From the NCBI GenBank assembly GCA_963843555.1, contig CAWJKV010000005.1:32001-96000 (forward strand): 64,000 nt of DNA. Direction: 5' to 3'. Positions 53,163 through 63,793 of the stretch are shown one piece after another. Numbering within the stretch: the stretch's first letter is position 1; every line of letters starts with the position of its first letter. The translations under genes were made by a program, and so were the position numbers. The notes below the pieces were generated by a model. It was not told the origin of the DNA and searched no databases. It saw nothing but the letters and a program-made list of their open reading frames with translations. This stretch comes from an uncultured Methanosarcinales archaeon. GTDB lineage: Archaea > Halobacteriota > Methanosarcinia > Methanotrichales > Methanotrichaceae.

Positions 53163-54215
53163 ATGATGGCAGGCGAGATTAAGATCCTGGGTGCGGGAAT
53201 CTCTGGTTTGACCGCGTCAATTAATTTGGCCAAGGGAGGATTTGGTGTAACGGTTTTTGAAAAGTCCTCTTCGGTTGGAAGCCGTTTCCATGGCGATTTT
53301 CAGGGCCTGGAGAATTGGAGCGACGAGACGGATACTCTGGAAATTTTAAAAAATCTGTCGCTCAAGACCAACTTCTGGAACAAGGGTTTCAAGAAGGCCA
53401 CCATATATACCGATTTGCATAAGGAGTTTAAAGCAAGAGATGCTGACAACATTTTCTATCTGGTGCGAAGGGGGCCTGTTGATAGCCTGGATGAAAGTTT
53501 AAAGAACCAGGCTCTTGATGCCGGCGTGGAAATAAGATTCAATTCAAAAACGGACCAAAAAGAATGCGATATAATTGCTACAGGGGTTTCTGGCAAAAAA
53601 CCGGTTATGATCGCAAAGGGCATCGTCTTTGATACAGATGCCGAAGATTTGATTATTGCGACCCTAAATGATAAATTAGCCTTCAAAGGATATTCATATT
53701 TTTTGGTTGCAGATGGGAAAGCAACATTGGCCTCTGTCGTAGCCAAAGATTTATCAAAAGTGAATCTCTGCTTTAAAAATACCCTTGCAAGCATTTTCAA
53801 AATTGAAAAAATTCAAGATCGAAAACAAGAGATCCTTTGCAGGCTATGGAAATTTTGCAGTGAATGAGAGCAATATACAGAATAAGAAGTTGTTCGTAGG
53901 AGAGGCCGCGGGTTTCCAGGATCTCTTTTTGGGTTTTGGCATGAAGTATGCCCTCTTAAGCGGATATGCGGCAGCAAGAAGCATAATGGAAGAAAAAGAC
54001 TACGATGACGATCTGCCGAGAAGTTGTTCTTGGATAAGCAGAAGGCATCCGCTGCCAATAGACTGATCTACGAGTTATCCGGCCAATGGGGCTATAATTA
54101 TATCGCAAGTCGAGCCTGTAATTCGAGAAGTCCGAAATCGTGGTTGAAAGGTAAATATAGCTTCAGTCCGAGCAAAAGGCTCGTCTACCCCTTTACAAAA
54201 TTTGCAAAGATATGA
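53163..54215 (+). CDS. FAD-dependent oxidoreductase, geranylgeranyl reductase-like (two frameshifts)
   Basis: ILGAGISGL...L...G..V.VFEK; VGEAAGFQD.FLGFGM.YAL.SG; visibly AT-richer than its neighbours. Confidence 0.8.
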
Positions 54216-54323
54216 TTCTCCGTAAACATATCTCCTCCAAATCATATACATACAAATCAACTTTAAATCAAGTTCATTTGCCTGTAGGTAAATCTAATTT
54301 TTTAAGCAATCTTAAGTCAAACG

Positions 54324-54456
54324 GCGGCGGCGCACCCCGCTGCAAGCAGGCGGGGCATGCGAGGCGCCGCCGCATGAAGGCGGAACTATATCGATCTGAT
54401 CCATTCCTAAGTTGAACACGTATGCCCTTTATCCCCGATGCAAGCATCGGGGTATT
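54324..54456. mobile_element. Twin-hairpin element, possibly a non-autonomous IS200/IS605-type (PATE/REP-like) relic
   Basis: CCCCGCTGC-AA-GCAGGCGGGG inside a 10-bp outer stem (54324-54373) and CCCCGATGC-AA-GCATCGGGG (54433-54452). Confidence 0.5.
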
Positions 54457-54500
54457 GCTATAAAATAATTGTTCTTCATCCCAAGTTCGGGTGAAATGAA

Positions 54501-55784
54501 TTGGGACTTTTAGATGACGCATGCAGAGGCAAATTAACAGAGGAGATGAAGGCGGTAGCTGAGGCCGAAGGCAAAACTCCTGAGTTTATACTTCGAGGCG
54601 TAGCCAGCGGCAGAATTGTGATACCCCGGAGTCCTTACAGATATACGAGACCTGTGGGCATTGGCAAAGGGCTACGCACCAAGGTGAATGCCTCCATCGG
54701 CACCAGCAGCGACATCGTCGATGTGGAGATGGAGGTCGCCAAAGCCCGCGTGGCCGAGGCAAATGGAGCCGATACGCTCATGGAGCTCTCCACGGGAGGA
54801 GACTTTCCAGAGATCAGAAGACGCGTGGTTGAAGCCACGACATTGAGCGTGGGCAGCGTCCCTCTTTACCAGGCCTTTATCGAGGCCATAAGGAAGCACG
54901 GCGCGGGCGTCGATATGCCGGAGGATGACCTCTTCCGGGTGACTGAAGAGCAGGCAAAGCTCGGCACCAACTTCATGGCCATTCATACCGGCATCAACAG
55001 CATCTGCATAGAGCGGCTCCGGCGCCAGGGAGGACGCTTTGGCGGAGTCTGCAGCCGGGGAGGCGCCTTCATGATTGGATGGATGCTGCATAACCAGAAA
55101 GAAAATCCCCTCTACAAGGACTTCGATTATCTCCTCGAGATCCTGAAAGAGCATGAAGTGACTCTCAGTCTGGGAAACGGCCTGCGTGCCGGAGCCGTGC
55201 ACGACTCTACCGACAGGGCCCAGATCCAGGAACTGATAATAAATGCCGAGCTTGCCGATAAGGCTCAAGCCGCAGGCGTTCAGACCATCGTCGAGGGGCC
55301 TGGCCATATCCCCATCGACGAGATCGAAGCCAACGTCAGGGTCATGAAGCGCATGACAGATGAGCGACCCTTCTACATGCTTGGTCCTCTGGTTACTGAC
55401 ATTGCCCCAGGCTACGACCATATCGTGGCGGCGGTGGGGGCAAGCCTTTCCAGCGCCTATGGAGCGGACTTCATCTGTTATGTCACTCCCGCGGAACATC
55501 TGGCGCTTCCCAACGTGGAGGACGTGAGACAGGGAACGATCACGGCAAGGATTGCAGCCCATATTGGAGACATGATCAAGAACAATGATCGTGATCGTGA
55601 CCTGGCCATGGGAAGTGCCAGAAGAGATATGCTCTGGGAAAAGCAGTTCCAGCTCGCCATCGACCCGGAGACGGCAAGGCTTGTCCGGGCAGATAGAACG
55701 CCATACGACGCTGATGTCTGCACTATGTGTGGGGACTACTGTGCCTTGAAAATAATAAAAGAGAGCATAGATCTCGCTCGCTAG
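54501..55784 (+). CDS. thiC: Phosphomethylpyrimidine synthase ThiC (a BzaA/B-like paralog is not excluded)
   Basis: TKVNASIGTS, ADTLMELSTGG, SRGG, EGPGH, PGYDH, YVTPAEHL, CTMCGDYC. Confidence 0.9.
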   Translation: MGLLDDACRGKLTEEMKAVAEAEGKTPEFILRGVASGRIVIPRSPYRYTRPVGIGKGLRTKVNASIGTSSDIVDVEMEVAKARVAEANGADTLMELSTGGDFPEIRRRVVEATTLSVGSVPLYQAFIEAIRKHGAGVDMPEDDLFRVTEEQAKLGTNFMAIHTGINSICIERLRRQGGRFGGVCSRGGAFMIGWMLHNQKENPLYKDFDYLLEILKEHEVTLSLGNGLRAGAVHDSTDRAQIQELIINAELADKAQAAGVQTIVEGPGHIPIDEIEANVRVMKRMTDERPFYMLGPLVTDIAPGYDHIVAAVGASLSSAYGADFICYVTPAEHLALPNVEDVRQGTITARIAAHIGDMIKNNDRDRDLAMGSARRDMLWEKQFQLAIDPETARLVRADRTPYDADVCTMCGDYCALKIIKESIDLAR

Positions 55785-56248
55785 CCAAAGAAGAGACTAT
55801 AGCCGAACTGGAGAACCTCTGTGCTGGAGAGAACGGCCTCCAGCTTGGCTTTAGCCAGCAAACCTTTTCCTTCGAATGTCATCTGGCCTTGCTCTCTCTC
55901 TTGCTGAAAGGTGGCGATGGGATCCTTTGAGCTTCTGATATTGTTTATGGCGCTCTCAGTGGTGGTTATGGTGATAGAGGGATCATTCAGGCCACCAACA
56001 ACAGTTTCATTTATCTTCGCATTCACCATATCCAATCCCACGAGAAATACGCTTCCATCATCCCTGGTAATATCCAGATTGATCTTCTCATCGCCCACGA
56101 TGCCTTTCAAAAGAGCAGGTGCTTTGTCGATATTTTTATTATAGGCATCGACATTTTTTTGCGTTTCTGCCATATCAATTGAAAAAGCATTGGCAAAAGA
56201 TACCAAGAGCATCAAGAAGATTGCCGCGAAAAGGATTGATCGTCTCAT
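55781..56248 (-). CDS. Secreted hypothetical protein
   Basis: Signal peptide MRRSILFAAIFLMLLVSFANA; 155-aa ORF. Confidence 0.7.
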   Translation of the reverse strand: MRRSILFAAIFLMLLVSFANAFSIDMAETQKNVDAYNKNIDKAPALLKGIVGDEKINLDITRDDGSVFLVGLDMVNAKINETVVGGLNDPSITITTTESAINNIRSSKDPIATFQQEREQGQMTFEGKGLLAKAKLEAVLSSTEVLQFGYSLFFG

Positions 56249-56363
56249 AATAGGAATTAGATCCTATTGAAATAAATATTTTGCGGCGGTCTCTTCTTGA
56301 TTTTTAGATACCTGAAAACTGGCTAGAGAATCCTTTAAGTACAATCTTTTCAAATAATAGTCT

Positions 56364-57467
56364 ATGGATGTCCTTGTGCTCTGTATTGACCGGGATAACG
56401 ACTTGGGCCGCAAGGGCGGGGTAATAAGCCCTGTTGTGGGCAGAGAGGCCAATATCGATGCCGCACTCCGGCTGGGTATGGCCGATCCGGAGGATTCAGA
56501 CGTCAATACTATATTCGGAGGCATAAAGGCGCTCGATGAATTAATCGCTTCCGGCAAAACTGCGGAGATCGCTTCTCTGGCAGGAGATCTGAAGGTAGGC
56601 CTGATATCGGACAGCAAGCTCGCCGCCCAACTGGAAGATCTGCTGGCACTCCTCCATCCTGAAGGCGTGATCGTGGTCTCAGACGGCGCCGAAGATGAGG
56701 CCATTCTGCCCATAATCCAGTCTCGCGTCAAGGTCAATGGCGTGCGCCGGGTACTGGTCAAACAGAGCCCCAACCTGGAGAGCACCTACTACCTTCTCAA
56801 GCAGGTTTTTAATGATCCCAAGATCAGCCATACCGTCTTCATTCCGCCGGCTTTGGCCTTGCTCATGTTCGCCATCTTCAGCTTGCTCGGCTACCCCAAC
56901 GGCGCTATTGTGGCCATCACTGGGGCAGTAGGCCTTTACCTCCTCTTCCGGGGCCTCGGCCTGGATGACTCCATGGAAGAGGCCAAGCAGACTTTAAGAA
57001 AATCCCTTTATGCCGGGAAGATCGCATTCATAACTTACATTCTGGCAGCCATGCTGGTGGTCATTGCCACCGTCAATGGACTTGCCTATTTCTGGGAGTA
57101 TTTCCATAAACCCATGTTTCCCGGTTACTTCACGCTGATTATGATCTTTCTTTATGAGAGCATCTGGTGGTACATGGCCGCAGCCCTCTGTGTGATTTTG
57201 GGCAGGATCATGGATATGTATCTGGAAGGGATAAGAGACGCTCGCACCATCTCCTATCTGTTCTTCATAGTGGCAACGGGCCTCATCATCTGGTCTGCCA
57301 GCAGCTTTATCCTGGCCAGCGATGCCAACCTGGCGTTCGGTATCGGCGTAGTTGAATCCGTCCAGAAGCTGGCCATATCTGCCATCGGGGCCATCCTCAT
57401 AACCGTTGTCGGTGTCAACATATCCAAGCGCATAGCTACAGAGAAATCCCTTCCGGCCGCCAAATGA
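56364..57467 (+). CDS. DUF373 family membrane protein
   Basis: LVLCIDRDNDLG.K, DPEDSDVN, VSDGAEDE, VKQS.NLESTYY; C-terminal TM helices. Confidence 0.92.
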   Translation: MDVLVLCIDRDNDLGRKGGVISPVVGREANIDAALRLGMADPEDSDVNTIFGGIKALDELIASGKTAEIASLAGDLKVGLISDSKLAAQLEDLLALLHPEGVIVVSDGAEDEAILPIIQSRVKVNGVRRVLVKQSPNLESTYYLLKQVFNDPKISHTVFIPPALALLMFAIFSLLGYPNGAIVAITGAVGLYLLFRGLGLDDSMEEAKQTLRKSLYAGKIAFITYILAAMLVVIATVNGLAYFWEYFHKPMFPGYFTLIMIFLYESIWWYMAAALCVILGRIMDMYLEGIRDARTISYLFFIVATGLIIWSASSFILASDANLAFGIGVVESVQKLAISAIGAILITVVGVNISKRIATEKSLPAAK

Positions 57468-57473
57468 TCCGCG

Positions 57474-58361
57474 ATGCTCCAGATCCAAGCCTCGGGAGAG
57501 AAGTGCCTGGGCGACTTTACATTTGATTTTTACTGGCAGCACCAGGGCTCAAGACTTGACAGGAATCAAACCGTAAGCGGCATCAGCCTTCGGCAGATAG
57601 TGGAGGCCTTATGCCAGGGCGAGACGATAAGCATTTCAGGTGATGCGGGCAGCCGTCTCGGCTCAAGCCTCGGCGTGGATTTGATCCGGCTGGGGGGAAA
57701 GGGCGGGCCCATTGAGACGACTGGCAGGATTGTGGTGGAGGGCAATGTGGGCCGTCGCATGGGCATAAGCATGTTGCGTGGTTCTATCTATGTCTCGGGC
57801 CGGGTTGAAGCACCACTGGGAAATGTGATCGAGGTTGAAAGCGATCTGACTGGGTATCGAAAGTTCGTCTCGGCCACAGAGGCTCTGGAAAAAGGGATAA
57901 AGGTCCTGGAGCCGAATATTCTGGATGAGCATGGATTGATCATCGAGGACGGCATATTGAGGGATACACTTGGAGCAAGAAACCCCATCGACAAAATAGT
58001 TCGTCTGCAAGGTGATGCAGGAATGAGCACCGGCATACTTATGACCTCCGGCCAAATCGAAGTTTTTGGGGATGCGGATCGCAATACAGGCGTACTCATC
58101 AGAGGCGGCAGAATAGTAGTGAGAGGCAATACAGGGGACTTCACAGGAGCCGAGATGAGAGGAGGCGAAGTTTTCATAGAAGGAGATGCAGGCAGCTTCA
58201 CCTGCGCCCGGATGAGGGGCGGGGCCGTCTATGCCAAAGAGGGCAAGCCTCTGCCGCCCGCCCGGGCGCAACTGCTCAACTCTTCCGAGCAGATCAAAGT
58301 GGCCAGGGTGCTACAGCTCGCCCCTCTCCACGCCATGATGTATCACAAGTTCGGCCTGTAG
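57474..58361 (+). CDS. GXGXG beta-helix protein (FwdC/FmdC-like)
   Basis: Repeated G.AG...G..M.GG.I.V.G units in two blocks. Confidence 0.8.
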   Translation: MLQIQASGEKCLGDFTFDFYWQHQGSRLDRNQTVSGISLRQIVEALCQGETISISGDAGSRLGSSLGVDLIRLGGKGGPIETTGRIVVEGNVGRRMGISMLRGSIYVSGRVEAPLGNVIEVESDLTGYRKFVSATEALEKGIKVLEPNILDEHGLIIEDGILRDTLGARNPIDKIVRLQGDAGMSTGILMTSGQIEVFGDADRNTGVLIRGGRIVVRGNTGDFTGAEMRGGEVFIEGDAGSFTCARMRGGAVYAKEGKPLPPARAQLLNSSEQIKVARVLQLAPLHAMMYHKFGL

Positions 58362-58364
58362 CAT

Positions 58365-59474
58365 TCAGTAGATCTCTTCCAGATCCTCAATGTGAGCGAA
58401 GGCATCGTCCAGCTGCTTCCTGGCGCGCGACCTCTTCTCCTTCTCGTCCTGCATGCCTCGAGCGGCCTGGGCATAGATGGATTCCAGCTCCGGCGCGCTG
58501 GCCATGGTGAAGATGGATAGGACCTTGGGATGCCCTTTCTTGACGATAATTCCCTTGAAGACGTGGCCCGCGCTGGCGGAGATCTTCTCTACCTCTTTAG
58601 TGATCTGATCCACATCCAGGTGCTCCCGCGAGCCCTGAATAATAATCATCGCTCTGGCGGCGTCGTCAGTCACATTTGCCGGATAAAGCAAGTTGCCCGG
58701 CTTTAGACTGTTCTCAATGGCGTCCTTGATGGACAGATTCTTGCCGTCTGCCTGATAGAATCCCATGGTGCCTATGCGCAGGCCCCCGTTCATGACCGTC
58801 TTGAAGTCGCCAAGATCTGTTACAGAGAGCATCTCGCTGTCCAGAGATTCGATCAGGAAGAGCAAGCGTTGGGCGATCATGCTGTTGATTTTGTCATAGG
58901 CAGAGGCTATATCTCCGCTGAACCTCTTCATGTACTGGTTGTCCGCCAGAATTATGCCCTCTGCGTCCACCTCCATCAGCTCTCTCATGCTGAAAGCGGC
59001 ATTCTGGAGGTAGATGGAACCCTCCTCCCGGAAGGGCAGGACGGCAACTGTGATGACGGTGATATTTGGATACTGCCTCTTCAATTCGTTTATAAGCAAA
59101 GGTGAGAACGAGGACCCCGTCCCTCCCGAAGTGGAGGTGATCACAAAGGCTATATCGAAATCGCCTCTTTTCTCGATCTCGCCCATGATCATGTCGCGGT
59201 TATCCATAAAGGCTTGCTTGCCCACATTTCTGTTGGCTCCCACGCCATGCAGGTTAGGTACATGCAATCTATCTTTGGCCGTGGTGAACCTCAACTCTTT
59301 AAGGTCATTTTGGGCCGTATTGATGGCCAGGGTTTCCACCCGACTGGGGAACTTGGGGCGCAAACAATATTTGGCAAGCTTTGAGGCCCCGCCTCCTCCA
59401 AAGGACTCTTTATTTATTGAATCCAATATTCGATTCCCGCACTGGCCTACGCCGAGCATGAGTACGTTAAGCAT
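58365..59474 (-). CDS. cetZ: Tubulin/FtsZ superfamily protein, CetZ-like
   Basis: GVGQCGNRI, AINTA.NDL, GVGANR..G, SGGTGSS, VLPF..EG, LADN, DLGDFKT. Confidence 0.85.
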   Translation of the reverse strand: MLNVLMLGVGQCGNRILDSINKESFGGGGASKLAKYCLRPKFPSRVETLAINTAQNDLKELRFTTAKDRLHVPNLHGVGANRNVGKQAFMDNRDMIMGEIEKRGDFDIAFVITSTSGGTGSSFSPLLINELKRQYPNITVITVAVLPFREEGSIYLQNAAFSMRELMEVDAEGIILADNQYMKRFSGDIASAYDKINSMIAQRLLFLIESLDSEMLSVTDLGDFKTVMNGGLRIGTMGFYQADGKNLSIKDAIENSLKPGNLLYPANVTDDAARAMIIIQGSREHLDVDQITKEVEKISASAGHVFKGIIVKKGHPKVLSIFTMASAPELESIYAQAARGMQDEKEKRSRARKQLDDAFAHIEDLEEIY

Positions 59475-59562
59475 GATATCAATCTCTCTTATATTGGAAT
59501 TTTATGTAATTGTGATCCCGATTGAACGGAACTATTCCGATTAGGAAATATTGTCACTCTCT

Positions 59563-60721
59563 TCAATATTTATACTCTTTGTATCTCCTAAACATCCATG
59601 CAATGATAACTATGATTGGGATGATGAGTAGTAGATATTGATATTTATACTCTCGTCCCAGAACGACCACATCTACCGTCCCTTCCTGAGTCATGGCTCC
59701 GTCCCCACCGTCATAACTGGCCTTGAGGCTCACGGTGTAGTTTCCCGGGGCAATTCCTGAAAGCACGGCCGAGTAATTCACCTCTTTTTCTGGCGAGATC
59801 TCAAAGAAGCTCTTGTCAAGCCCGGAGGCCTCCAGGCCCTCGGGGGGCCTGACCTCTCCTTTCACTTCTATCTTGGTTGCGGCCGCCGTTCCCAAGTTAG
59901 AAAGGCTGACGTTCATTGTGCCTTTGCCATCCAAGGGTATCGGTCCAGATGCGGTCAGCTTTATTGCCAGATCCGCTTTGCTTTTTGGACTTATCAAGAC
60001 GTTGAAGGGCTCGGAGCTATTTGATTTGGCGTTCTTCTTCGAGTCTGTGTAGCTGACTTGCATGGCCGGAACCCTAATGGACCCTTCTTTGACTGCACTT
60101 ATCAAATATACTGCTGAATCGGACTCCCCGGGGTCCAGCGTATCCTTGATCTTTGGCGGATAACCGGCGATATAGGAGAACTCCGGGAGAGGCGGTACAT
60201 CTTCGGTTTTTATGTCCATGGCCTGCCCAGTGCCTGTGTTCTTGACAGTGATCGTGGCCTTGACCTCGTCTCCCACGTTCAGCTGGTTCTTGTCGAAACT
60301 CTTTTGCACGGACAAAATAGGTAAATCCCGGGGTGTAGCAGGCTGTTCTGACGCATGCTTCCTGGCTGAGCCCAGGCCCTCTTGGTATTCGACCCTCACC
60401 TTGGCAGACAGTTCGTCCAGGATGTCAGTTACAGTGATGGTGATGCCTCCGTTTTCCGCGCCTCCATCGAAATTATTGGCGCTATTCTCCAGAAAAGCTC
60501 TTTGTTCATCCAGGGCACCACCTACCTTGGAGATCCTCATCACCGCTAATCCCATCTCTTTCCGATTGTATCTCAATGAGTTCCGCCTGATAATCACCAA
60601 CATCAATGCGGTCCCCAATGGTGAGGGTGAAATCCGTATAGGTCACCTCATCATCATCGGTTTCTTGGGCATAGACGGCACCAATACAGGCGGCTGAATC
60701 ATATAGCATAAAAACCGCCAT
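59563..60721 (-). CDS. Cell-surface protein with BatD/CARDB-like Ig domains and C-terminal TM anchor (frameshift near 60560)
   Basis: L.VQKSFD...LNVGDEV...ITVKNTGTG.A; C-terminal hydrophobic anchor plus basic tail. Confidence 0.75.
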
Positions 60722-60742
60722 ATGGAGATTCCGTCAAATTTG

Positions 60743-61567
60743 CTAATTTGCATCTTTCTCTATCTCCAGGCTTAAATCGATCCATCTCGCATTTCTGGTG
60801 AGAGCACCAAGAGATATCACGTCCACTCCGCTGGCTGCGTATTCTTTTATATTATCCAGGGTTATGCCTCCAGATGCCTCCAGGAGTACTCTGCCACGAT
60901 GACCAATGTTTTGCAGAAGCTCAACTCCGCGGGCAATCTCAGTCGGGGCCATGTTGTCGAACATGATGATATCTGCGCCACCTTCCGCTGCTATAAGCAT
61001 ATCGTCCAGGTTCTCTACCTCCACCTCGATCTTCTTGGTGAAGCTGGCCCGATTACGGGCTCGGCAGAGACATTCCTCCAAACCCAGAATCTTTATGTGA
61101 TTGTCTTTTATGAGCACAGCGTCAGAAAGATTGAACCTGTGGGTATCGCCACCCCCCAGGAAGACTGCCTTCTTCTCGAATACTCTGAATCCGGGGGTGG
61201 TCTTGCGAGTGGCAGCGATGCGCGCGTGGCCGGCGCATAACACGCACTCCCTGGTGAAGGTAGAGATTCCGCTCATTCGCGCCATGAAATTCAGGACAAG
61301 CCTCTCCGATTGCAGGATCTTTCTGGCATTGCCGCATACGGTGATCACCACACTTGCGGCGGGGACGAATTCACCATCATCGTAGAGTCGCTCGGCCACG
61401 AGACCGAAATAATCGAAGATCTCCTCTGCCTCCGCCAGTCCAGAGATAATACAGTCTTCTCTGGCGATGACGGCGGCTCGGGCTGGGATTTCGGGGACGA
61501 GGCTGCTGGAATCATCCCACTCGCCCAAGTCCTCACCCACAAATCGATCCAGCTCAGACCTTAGCAT
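60743..61567 (-). CDS. nadC: Nicotinate-nucleotide pyrophosphorylase (carboxylating)
   Basis: EDLG..D, ERLVLNF..RMSGIST, TRKTTPG, HRFNLSD.VLIKDNH, IEVEV, EASGGI, ISLGALT. Confidence 0.95.
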   Translation of the reverse strand: MLRSELDRFVGEDLGEWDDSSSLVPEIPARAAVIAREDCIISGLAEAEEIFDYFGLVAERLYDDGEFVPAASVVITVCGNARKILQSERLVLNFMARMSGISTFTRECVLCAGHARIAATRKTTPGFRVFEKKAVFLGGGDTHRFNLSDAVLIKDNHIKILGLEECLCRARNRASFTKKIEVEVENLDDMLIAAEGGADIIMFDNMAPTEIARGVELLQNIGHRGRVLLEASGGITLDNIKEYAASGVDVISLGALTRNARWIDLSLEIEKDAN

Positions 61568-61607
61568 ACCGCAAAGATTTTGATGTCCAATTGATTTATA
61601 GCCTCCG

Positions 61608-62420
61608 ATGCCTCTAAGAGTCGGGCTTGTTGGGTGCGGTGCCATTGGAGCCGAGATTGCAAGAGCGATAGATACGGGCGTGATAGACGCAGATCTGGTT
61701 GCAGTATGCGACCACAATCCGGCAACGGCTGAAGCCCTAATAGAAAGCTTGCAGCATAAACCGATCAAGGTCAAACTGGAGGATCTTGTGAACCTCTCCG
61801 ACGTAGTGGTGGAGGCGGCTTCCCAAAAGGCAGTCCCGGCCGTTGCCAGGGCCGTGCTGGCGAAGGGAAAGAAGCTCATGATCATGAGCGTTGGCGCCCT
61901 GGCCAGCCCCGACTTCTTCCAGGAGGTAAAGAACCTGGCCAAAGAGCATGGTTCTCGGGTTTACATTCCATCCGGAGCTATATCGGGACTGGATGGCCTC
62001 AAGTCCGCCAGCATTGGCACCATTCGAAAAGTGGCTCTCACCACCACCAAGAACCCCAGCAGTCTGAAGGGTGCGCCATACATCCTGGAGAAGAAGATCG
62101 ACCTCGATGCCCTGACGGGACCGACAACGATCTTTGCGGGAAGTGCCGCGGAGGCGGTAAGAGCCTTCCCTGCCAATGTGAATGTTGCCGCCACCCTCTA
62201 TCTTGCGGCAGGCGAGAGCGATGTGCGGGTGGTGGTCGTCGCAGATCCAAACATTCATGTAAATCGCCACGAGATCGAGGTGGAGGGCGATTTTGGGAGG
62301 ATCTCAACCCGGGTGGAGAACGTTCCCTCGCCCCGCAACCCCAGGACCAGCTATCTGGCGGCTCTCTCCGCCATCGCCACCATTGAGATCTATTGCGGAA
62401 CCTGTGAAGATCGGAACTTC
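61608..62420 (+). CDS. nadX: L-aspartate dehydrogenase (frameshift in the last codons; 3' end approximate)
   Basis: VGLVGCGAIG, VEAASQ, MSVGAL, PSGAISGLD, FPANVNVAA, NPRTSYLAALS; shifted frame ends LRSIAEPVKIGT. Confidence 0.93.
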
Positions 62421-63542
62421 AAAAAGACCGCATGGATTGCATTGATCTTCTCTTTCAAGCCCTGCAGCGTCGCGACAAGCTCCGATGTTATCCGTTTCTG
62501 GGTCTCTTTGCCCACTTTTATCTCGATATCCGGAAGTGCAAGAGGCTCTCTGCCTGTCAGATTTGTAAAGAACTCCACCCAGTAAGGGGGCAAATATTCA
62601 GGCAAAGGCTGGCCCCTCATGATACATAAAACGCTCGCCCAGGCCACAGGTACAACTTCCATGTTATATCCGCCCCCACCCAGAGCCAGAAGCCGGTCCC
62701 CTGAATACTGGCCCGCCAGTTCGGTGATGCGATGAACAAGATATGTATAGCCGGAAAGGGTCATATTCAGGCTGGTGAGGGGATCGGAATAATGAGCGTC
62801 CACCCCCAGCTGGGCCACCACAACCTGGGGTTTGAACCATTCAAAGAGGCTGGGAACTATCTCTTCAAAGGCCCGGCAGTATTCGCCGTCTCCCGCATAC
62901 ATGGGCATGGGTATGTTCACACTGTACCCAACCCCGGGACCTGTGCCGATCTCGTCAATAAAACCGGTGCCAGGAAATAGGTATAATCCTGATTCATGCA
63001 GGGAGACGGTTAGGACGTGGGGGTCTTCATAGAAGATTTGCTGCACCCCATCGCCGTGGTGGCCATCGATGTCGATATAAAGAACCCGATCGAATCGCTC
63101 TCTTAAAACGCTGATGGCAAGAGCCGGATCGTCAAAAACGCAAAATCCCGACGCCCTGGAAGGAAATGCATGATGCAGGCCGCCGCCTATATTGAAGGCG
63201 CTGCAGCCCTCCCCGATAATGCGACGAGCGGCGCTGATGCTGGCACCGGCGAGAAGTTGCGATGCATTATAAATCCCGGGGAAGACGGGAGTGTCATCGC
63301 TGCCCAGGCCAAAGGCAAGATCCGGCTCCTCCATTTTTACTGCATCCAAATACTCCTGGGTGTGCACTCGCTGCAGATCAGCTCTCCGAGGCCGGGCCCG
63401 GCTCCATCAGGCAAGTGGATTCGTCCGTCAGGCCCAGCTCTTCTATGAGCCGGCAGGTGAGCATCAAACGAACCGGATTGAAGGGATGCTCCGGGCCGAA
63501 GTTGTAGCACTGGAATTTATCGCTATAATAGAGATAGATCAT
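62390..63542 (-). CDS. Histone deacetylase / AcuC family deacetylase (frameshift near 63400)
   Basis: Start MIYLYYSDKFQCYNFGPEHPFNPVR; GGGLHHA, SGFC.F.D, YIDID.HHGDG, FPGTG, QLGVDAH..DPL, GGGGY. Confidence 0.93.
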
Positions 63543-63736
63543 TTATAGCCTTTCTCAACCAGGCCATCGCTCCAATAGTTATCGCAATTCTTGCAGTAGA
63601 AGATGGTCTCAATTATGATCTTCTTCCAATTATCAGCATCCAGGGCCCGCCGGAGCTCCTTTTGATCGCACTCATTGCCGCATTTGGGACAGAAGGGTAC
63701 GTAGTGTTCCAGAACTGCCTGGTCCTCATCAGCCAT
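63539..63736 (-). CDS. Small Zn-ribbon protein
   Basis: CPKCG ... YCKNC; overlaps the deacetylase start codon. Confidence 0.7.
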   Translation of the reverse strand: MADEDQAVLEHYVPFCPKCGNECDQKELRRALDADNWKKIIIETIFYCKNCDNYWSDGLVEKGYK

Positions 63737-63793
63737 CGAATATTCCTCTTTCTTAGTTTCAGGAGCCGGATAGGGCAAAAAAGCTGTCGGTGA

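Noticed and set aside
54300..54500. TPP riboswitch upstream of thiC
   Set aside because: The conserved CUGAGA and AACCUGA/AGGGA elements are absent; the hairpins do not fit the TPP aptamer.
60743..61942. 399-aa nadC as given in the ORF track
   Set aside because: The N-terminal extension is antisense to nadX; NadC homology begins at the Met at 61567.
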